Shown here piece by piece: positions 59,600 through 64,000 of a stretch of 64,000 nt of DNA. The DNA is taken from assembly GCA_003598025.1 (NCBI GenBank), contig QZKH01000009.1, positions 64,896-128,895 on the forward strand, read 5' to 3'. The position numbers and the translations under genes are program-made. This stretch comes from Candidatus Omnitrophota bacterium (GTDB taxonomy: Bacteria; Omnitrophota; Gorgyraeia; Gygaellales; Profunditerraquicolaceae). Below the pieces are notes generated by a model. It saw only the letters and a program-made list of their open reading frames with translations. It did not search any database and was not told the origin of the DNA. How positions within the stretch are numbered: the stretch's first letter is position 1; each line of letters opens with the position of its first letter.

Positions 59600-59798
59600 A
59601 AGACGGCAGCGAAAACTCCGGACAAAGATTCGGAGTCCCGACATTTCGTCGGGAGGCAATTCCATTATTGGAGGTAATGGATGCGCAAAGCCACGGGACG
59701 ATGCTCGTCACAAATCAGTCTTTATCCAGTTTTTCGTTTTGGGTCGCAAACGAGAGCGTTAGCCGGGTTACCGAAAGCCGTATGGTTTTCGGTTTTTT
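59600..59798 (+). ncRNA. structured 5' leader, candidate c-di-GMP-I (GEMM)-like riboswitch with intrinsic terminator
   Basis: GGCAATTCC-ATTATTGG...TAATGG-ATGCGCAAAGCCACGGGACG resembles the GEMM core (GGCAAACC...GACGCAAAGCC.CGGG, recalled from memory). Terminator CCGAAA-gccgtatgg-TTTCGG+T7 at 59771-59798. Leader precedes the flp pilin genes. Confidence 0.4.
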
Positions 59799-59860
59799 AT
59801 TTTTTGGGCTTGTTAACAACTTTTAAAAAGATTTAAATAACTGAAAAGGAGGTGAAGAAT

Positions 59861-60046
59861 ATGTTAAGCAAAAGAGGTCAGTCAACATTGGAGTATGTAT
59901 TGATTCTTACTGCTATCATCGCTGCGATAATCTTGGTCGCCAATAATTTTGTCAGGCCAAGAGTAGGGTCATCTTTGGACCATGTAACTAATCAGATGGA
60001 GCAGCAAGCAAACAGAATCCAGTTCGGAGCAGCGCCAGTTGAATAA
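59861..60046 (+). CDS. flp: Flp/Fap-family pilin
   Basis: MLSKRGQSTLEYVLILTAIIAAIILV (G/QSTxEY prepilin motif); SD AAAGGAGGTG. Confidence 0.7.
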   Translation: MLSKRGQSTLEYVLILTAIIAAIILVANNFVRPRVGSSLDHVTNQMEQQANRIQFGAAPVE

Positions 60047-60073
60047 AATTAATAGAAAAGGGGGGTGAATTAA

Positions 60074-60502
60074 ATGTTAAAAATCTTAGGTAAAAGAGCA
60101 CAAACTACTGCCGAATATGCTGTTTTGATTGCACTGGTAGTTGGTGCAGTTGTAGCAATGCAGGTCTATGTAAGGAGAGGTTTGCAGGGAAGGATCAGAA
60201 ACGTCGTTGATCACGTTGATTCCGGTGGGCCCGTAGGGCAAGACGAGGACCAATTTACATTCACTGCTGAGCAGTATGAACCGTATTATTTGTCTTCTCA
60301 GTCAGCCACAGCCCGTGAAAGCACACAACAGGAAATCTTAGGCCGCGGCGGCGAGGTTGGAAGAGGTACTGCAGAGGCAACAGGGGTACAGCGTCAACAG
60401 ATTATGGGTTGGGATGATACGACTTTAGCTACGCCAGTAGCGGCTCCCAGCGTAACAGAGCCGGGAATGCCGACTGTACCGCAACCAGAGAATGTTGAAT
60501 AA
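60074..60502 (+). CDS. Flp-like pilin with ~100-aa C-terminal extension
   Basis: MLKILGKRAQTTAEYAVLIALVVGAVVAM... Confidence 0.6.
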   Translation: MLKILGKRAQTTAEYAVLIALVVGAVVAMQVYVRRGLQGRIRNVVDHVDSGGPVGQDEDQFTFTAEQYEPYYLSSQSATARESTQQEILGRGGEVGRGTAEATGVQRQQIMGWDDTTLATPVAAPSVTEPGMPTVPQPENVE

Positions 60503-60519
60503 TAAAGGAGGTGGAGTAA

Positions 60520-60864
60520 ATGTTCATACATTTAAATAAAAGAGGCCAAAGCACATTGGAATACGCTCTTATTATAGCTGTAATAATAGCAGCTTTAATT
60601 GCTATGCAGACGTATTTCAAAAGAGGCCTTCAGGGCAGGTTAAAGCAAGCAAGCGATGATGTCGGCGAACAATTCTCATCAGGAGCCAGCTACTATGACT
60701 ATACTACGCAGACCAGTATTTCATCTAATGAAGAGGTAAAGCCTGGTGTTGATGATACATCCAGAGGCGGGATCACTCAAACAGATACTACCCAGAATGT
60801 TACCAGGACAGGTACTGAGCATGTTGCTGAATACGGGGACACAGGCGAGTATTGGCCACAATAA
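60520..60864 (+). CDS. Flp-like pilin with C-terminal extension
   Basis: MFIHLNKRGQSTLEYALIIAVIIAALIAM... Confidence 0.6.
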   Translation: MFIHLNKRGQSTLEYALIIAVIIAALIAMQTYFKRGLQGRLKQASDDVGEQFSSGASYYDYTTQTSISSNEEVKPGVDDTSRGGITQTDTTQNVTRTGTEHVAEYGDTGEYWPQ

Positions 60865-60943
60865 TAGCATGGTATATGATGGGAGCACCATTTATGCCGA
60901 TTATGTTTACAAAAGAGAAATTAGGTGAAAAAGGAGCGTAGCT

Positions 60944-61795
60944 ATGTTTTTGGCGATTGCGTTATTCTCAATATCTTCGATATGCCTTATTGCTTCTGTA
61001 GTTTTTCCTTGGGCTGATGATAAGCGTTTAGCCTGGCAGGATGAGAAGGAAAAGACTATAGGCAGGAAGATGGACGATATGTTTTACTATGACAGAAGCC
61101 CAAGGCAGATCGTGCTACTTTATTATATGCTGCCACCAATACTAGCTACGCTCAGCTATTATTTAGTATCAAAATCCCTCCTTGTAATATTTTTTGCAGC
61201 AGGATTAGGTGTAGCTATCCCCAATATTATTCTCAAAGTAAGAGACGCTAATAGAAGAAGAAAATTCCGCCAGCAGATCCTTGATTGCCTCATGCTATTA
61301 TCAAGCTGCCTAAAGGGCGGCTTATCTCTTTTACAGTCTTTTGAAGTTATAGTAGAAGAGATGCCTGCTCCAATGGCGCAGGAGATGGGTCTGTTAGTCA
61401 GGGAAAATAAGATGGGTGTTACTTTAGAGGAGGCTCTAAAGAGGTTCGATAGGCGTATACAAACCGAAGAATGGAGCCTGGTAATTAATTCTATTTTGGT
61501 TGCCAGGGAAACAGGCGGTGATTTAACCAAGGTTTTCAGCCGGCTTTGTACGACGATCAGAGATAATCAAAAACTTAAAGATAGCATACAGACACTCACT
61601 CTTCAGGGCAGGCTGCAGGGTATTATAATGTCAGCGCTGCCGTTTTTGTTTGTTGCCTGGGTATTACAGTTCAATAAAAATCATTTTGATGTTATGTGGC
61701 AGAATGATTTAGGAAGGATGCTTATGATTGCGGCGATACTTTTACAGATTGTCGGTATGGTTTTAATCCGCAAATTCAGCATCATTAAGATATAG
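60944..61795 (+). CDS. tadB: TadB (T2SS-F family inner-membrane platform protein)
   Basis: T2SSF domain; 3 TM. Confidence 0.7.
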   Translation: MFLAIALFSISSICLIASVVFPWADDKRLAWQDEKEKTIGRKMDDMFYYDRSPRQIVLLYYMLPPILATLSYYLVSKSLLVIFFAAGLGVAIPNIILKVRDANRRRKFRQQILDCLMLLSSCLKGGLSLLQSFEVIVEEMPAPMAQEMGLLVRENKMGVTLEEALKRFDRRIQTEEWSLVINSILVARETGGDLTKVFSRLCTTIRDNQKLKDSIQTLTLQGRLQGIIMSALPFLFVAWVLQFNKNHFDVMWQNDLGRMLMIAAILLQIVGMVLIRKFSIIKI

Positions 61796-61808
61796 GAAGG
61801 GATTTAAT

Positions 61809-62666
61809 ATGGAAATATATATATATGCCCTTATATTCGCAAGTTTATTGTTTATACTCTTGGGCATTTTTGGCTTTGGTTCGGAACGCAGCGGTAAATA
61901 TAAACTGCCGGTAAATGAAATCGAAGTCAAAAAAGCAAATATGCACCAGATCCTTACTAATATGTTCCCGTTTACCAGGAAGCTTCTTGAAAGGCTTGGG
62001 ACGTATCAGAAGCTGCGTTTAAAATTGGAAGGGGCACACGTAAATTTATCCCCGATAGAGTTTTTTAATATAAAGATAATATTAATATTCGTCTTATTAA
62101 TCGTATCGATATTCTCATTCGGCAAGTTTGAACCGATGGCCATAGCTGTTTCTTTGGCTGCGGGGTATTTATTGCCGGAAATATGGGTTGCTCTAAAAAT
62201 AAAAAAACGTAAAGAAGAAATAGTAAGGCGCCTTCCAGAAACGGTGGATTTATTAAGCCTTTGCGTTGAGGCAGGGCTTGATTTTACTATGGCAGTAAAA
62301 TGGGTAGTTGAGAAGGTTACATTAAACCCTATGCTTGAAGAATTACGTTTCCTTCTTGAAGAGATAAAATGGGGCAAATCACGCTCCCAGGCATTAAGGG
62401 ATATGTCAAGGAGGATAAATGTGCCTGAGGTTACATCTTTTGCCCAGACACTTATCCAGGCAGACAGGATGGGTACGCCCGTGGGTGAGGCATTTATGAT
62501 ATTGTCAGAAGATACTCGGTTAAGGCGGTTCCAGAGAGGCGAAAGAATAGCCCTTAAAGCGCCTATTAAGATACTGATACCTTTGATATTTTGCATATTA
62601 CCGGTTATCGCAATTATTATCGGCGGGCCGATACTTATACAGTTTTCGAACAATAAATTATTTTAA
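61809..62666 (+). CDS. tadC: TadC (T2SS-F family)
   Basis: T2SSF domain. Confidence 0.7.
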   Translation: MEIYIYALIFASLLFILLGIFGFGSERSGKYKLPVNEIEVKKANMHQILTNMFPFTRKLLERLGTYQKLRLKLEGAHVNLSPIEFFNIKIILIFVLLIVSIFSFGKFEPMAIAVSLAAGYLLPEIWVALKIKKRKEEIVRRLPETVDLLSLCVEAGLDFTMAVKWVVEKVTLNPMLEELRFLLEEIKWGKSRSQALRDMSRRINVPEVTSFAQTLIQADRMGTPVGEAFMILSEDTRLRRFQRGERIALKAPIKILIPLIFCILPVIAIIIGGPILIQFSNNKLF

Positions 62667-62680
62667 GGGGGCGTTTGGTG

Positions 62681-62845
62681 ATGGAGCAGGCAAAGAATAA
62701 AAAAGCACAAAGTATAATGGAATACATGCTTATTATGACTGTTGTCATCGCCGCTATCATTTCGGTCGGTTTTCTTGACAATGTAAAAGGGATTTTCCGT
62801 AATTATTTTGATTCTATGGTGAGCTGGATTTCTGCTCTACCTTAA
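62681..62845 (+). CDS. Flp-family pilin (54 aa)
   Basis: MEQAKNKKAQSIMEYMLIMTVVIAAIISV; not in ORF track. Confidence 0.55.
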   Translation: MEQAKNKKAQSIMEYMLIMTVVIAAIISVGFLDNVKGIFRNYFDSMVSWISALP

Positions 62846-62861
62846 AAGGGGAAGGTTGAAT

Positions 62862-63026
62862 ATGGTTAAAAGGTATCACGATAAAAGGGCTCAAAGTATC
62901 CTGGAATACGCCATGTTGATAATTGTTATAGCTACGGCGCTTATGGTCATGAATACGTACATCCAACGTGCTATAACCGCTCGTTTAAGACAAGTCCATG
63001 AAGAGCTCAATGAGTCCAGGAGATAA
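62862..63026 (+). CDS. Flp-family pilin (54 aa)
   Basis: MVKRYHDKRAQSILEYAMLIIVIATALMVM; SD GGGGAAGG; not in ORF track. Confidence 0.55.
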   Translation: MVKRYHDKRAQSILEYAMLIIVIATALMVMNTYIQRAITARLRQVHEELNESRR

Positions 63027-63028
63027 AG

Positions 63029-63358
63029 ATGCGTTTAAGCAGGAAAGGGCAGAGTACTTACGAATTTGCATTAGTGGTCATAGTCTTAGTCGCTGCGTTG
63101 ATCAGTATGCAGGTTTATATAAAAAGAGCTGTACAGGGAAGGTTAAAAGACAGCATACAACAGTCAGGAGAAGATTTTTATGCTCCCAGGGAGACGACGG
63201 GCACAACCGTTACGCAAACAACGATCGAAGAGAGCCGTGAATCTGAATTACAGCCGGGGATTATGTTTATCGGTGATGATATACAATATGGCCATACAAA
63301 TACTGTAACCGAAGAGCACACTGAATCAAGAGAAGATATTTTACCTGCGGTTTATTAA
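63029..63358 (+). CDS. Flp-like pilin with C-terminal extension
   Basis: MRLSRKGQSTYEFALVVIVLVAALISM... Confidence 0.6.
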   Translation: MRLSRKGQSTYEFALVVIVLVAALISMQVYIKRAVQGRLKDSIQQSGEDFYAPRETTGTTVTQTTIEESRESELQPGIMFIGDDIQYGHTNTVTEEHTESREDILPAVY

Positions 63359-63370
63359 GCAGGAGGCAGA

Positions 63371-64000
63371 ATGTTTATTATGGCAACAAAAATAAAACGC
63401 TCAATCAAAGGCAACGTGTTCTTGGAATATGCCTTGATTATAGGGATAGTAGCGGCAGCATTGATAACAATACAATTATATGTTAAGCGCGGACTGCAGG
63501 GCAGGGTAAGGCAAATGACCGATGTTTTTATAGGTGAAACCCAAGTCAGCCAGGTTGATAAAGAGGTTGTATCCGGCTCTTTGACTACTACTGAGCCTTT
63601 TGGCCCAATGACAAGAACAGAAAGGCGGCAGTTTCTTCCCGGGGGGGCGACATCCAGGGAATACACAGAGGATAAAAAGACAGAAGCAGAAAGCCGAACA
63701 GAGGACGTAGCTCAATCAGGATGGCTTAGCCTTTTTGATTCATTTGTTAATGTAGATGCCGTAGAGTACGACCCTGAGGGTAATTATACGGATGATACCG
63801 GTTATATGGGTGAAGGTGACTGGTGGGAAGAAGTAACTGATATTGCGGTATTACAAGCTGAAATAGACCGGCTTAATGAAGAAATAGCATATCTGAACGA
63901 AGGCAGCGGCACAATAGGTGAAGAAGGTAATAATATGATGGATATGATCAGCCAGCTTCTTGGCTCTTTTGGCGGTTCAGGCCTTATTGGCGACATATTA
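63371..64000 (+). CDS. Flp-like pilin N-terminus fused to a long (>180 aa) acidic C-terminal domain; continues past window end
   Basis: MFIMATKIKRSIKGNVFLEYALIIGIVAAALITI...; frame open through 64000. Confidence 0.55.
   Translation, partial: MFIMATKIKRSIKGNVFLEYALIIGIVAAALITIQLYVKRGLQGRVRQMTDVFIGETQVSQVDKEVVSGSLTTTEPFGPMTRTERRQFLPGGATSREYTEDKKTEAESRTEDVAQSGWLSLFDSFVNVDAVEYDPEGNYTDDTGYMGEGDWWEEVTDIAVLQAEIDRLNEEIAYLNEGSGTIGEEGNNMMDMISQLLGSFGGSGLIGDIL

Noticed and set aside
62006-62653. 215-aa minus-strand ORF opposite tadC
   Set aside because: Antisense of a T2SSF-family gene; no independent support.

Overview
This 64-kb window comes from a low-GC (~40%) genome that is gene-dense and mostly on the + strand. 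Several gene clusters are recognisable, in coordinate order:

- **gltX to tRNA-Gln junction.** The 3' end of gltX and a small lipoprotein lie next to tRNA-Gln(CUG).
- **Recombinase element 1.** A large serine recombinase on the minus strand abuts tRNA-Gln and its reading frame runs antisense through the tRNA. Its prophage-like cargo includes a truncated radical-SAM/SPASM gene, a DUF1566 protein and small membrane or coiled-coil genes.
- **Stress and regulatory genes.** A cation/proton antiporter, DUF488, a rubrerythrin/hemerythrin/rubredoxin cluster, a two-component system, a tandem-REC protein, two paralogous Cys-rich mini-proteins flanking a UPF0316 membrane protein, a PhoU-like protein, two GreA/GreB-C-domain proteins and MgtE.
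- **Candidate defence pair.** A ThsB-like TIR protein with an uncharacterised 249-aa neighbour sits beside a 3' fragment of a paralogous antiporter gene.
- **Transporters and element 2.** Two MFS transporters precede a HEPN/MNT cassette, a second full-length serine recombinase, and a tail-fibre-like gene with a ~85% nucleotide-identical copy of element 1's small-gene module.
- **Heat-shock island.** HspR, a CIRCE-like operator, three Hsp20 genes (one with a signal peptide/TM anchor), GroES/GroEL and rpoZ.
- **Zn-ribbon and PilZ genes, then the Bat operon.** An acyltransferase, MoxR, DUF58 and BatA–E.
- **Third recombinase copy.** A second HEPN/MNT cassette precedes a recombinase C-terminal fragment that begins exactly at the same GGGCAG core found at tRNA-Gln; tRNA-Leu(GAG) follows.
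- **c-di-GMP circuit.** A minus-strand FIST – histidine kinase – REC-GGDEF operon, then tRNA-Glu(CUC).
- **Tad/Flp pilus locus.** A PpiC lipoprotein, CpaB, a secretin with a fused TonB_C domain, a CpaE–CpaF fusion ATPase, DUF192, an IS200-like insertion, a 537-aa unknown protein, a candidate c-di-GMP-type riboswitch with terminator, TadB/TadC and at least seven Flp-type pilins, several with long C-terminal extensions.

The main leads are the apparent ~45-kb element bounded by the two halves of a split serine recombinase gene (tRNA-Gln to tRNA-Leu), the ThsB-like two-gene candidate, and the unusual Tad locus. No CRISPR array or rRNA was seen.
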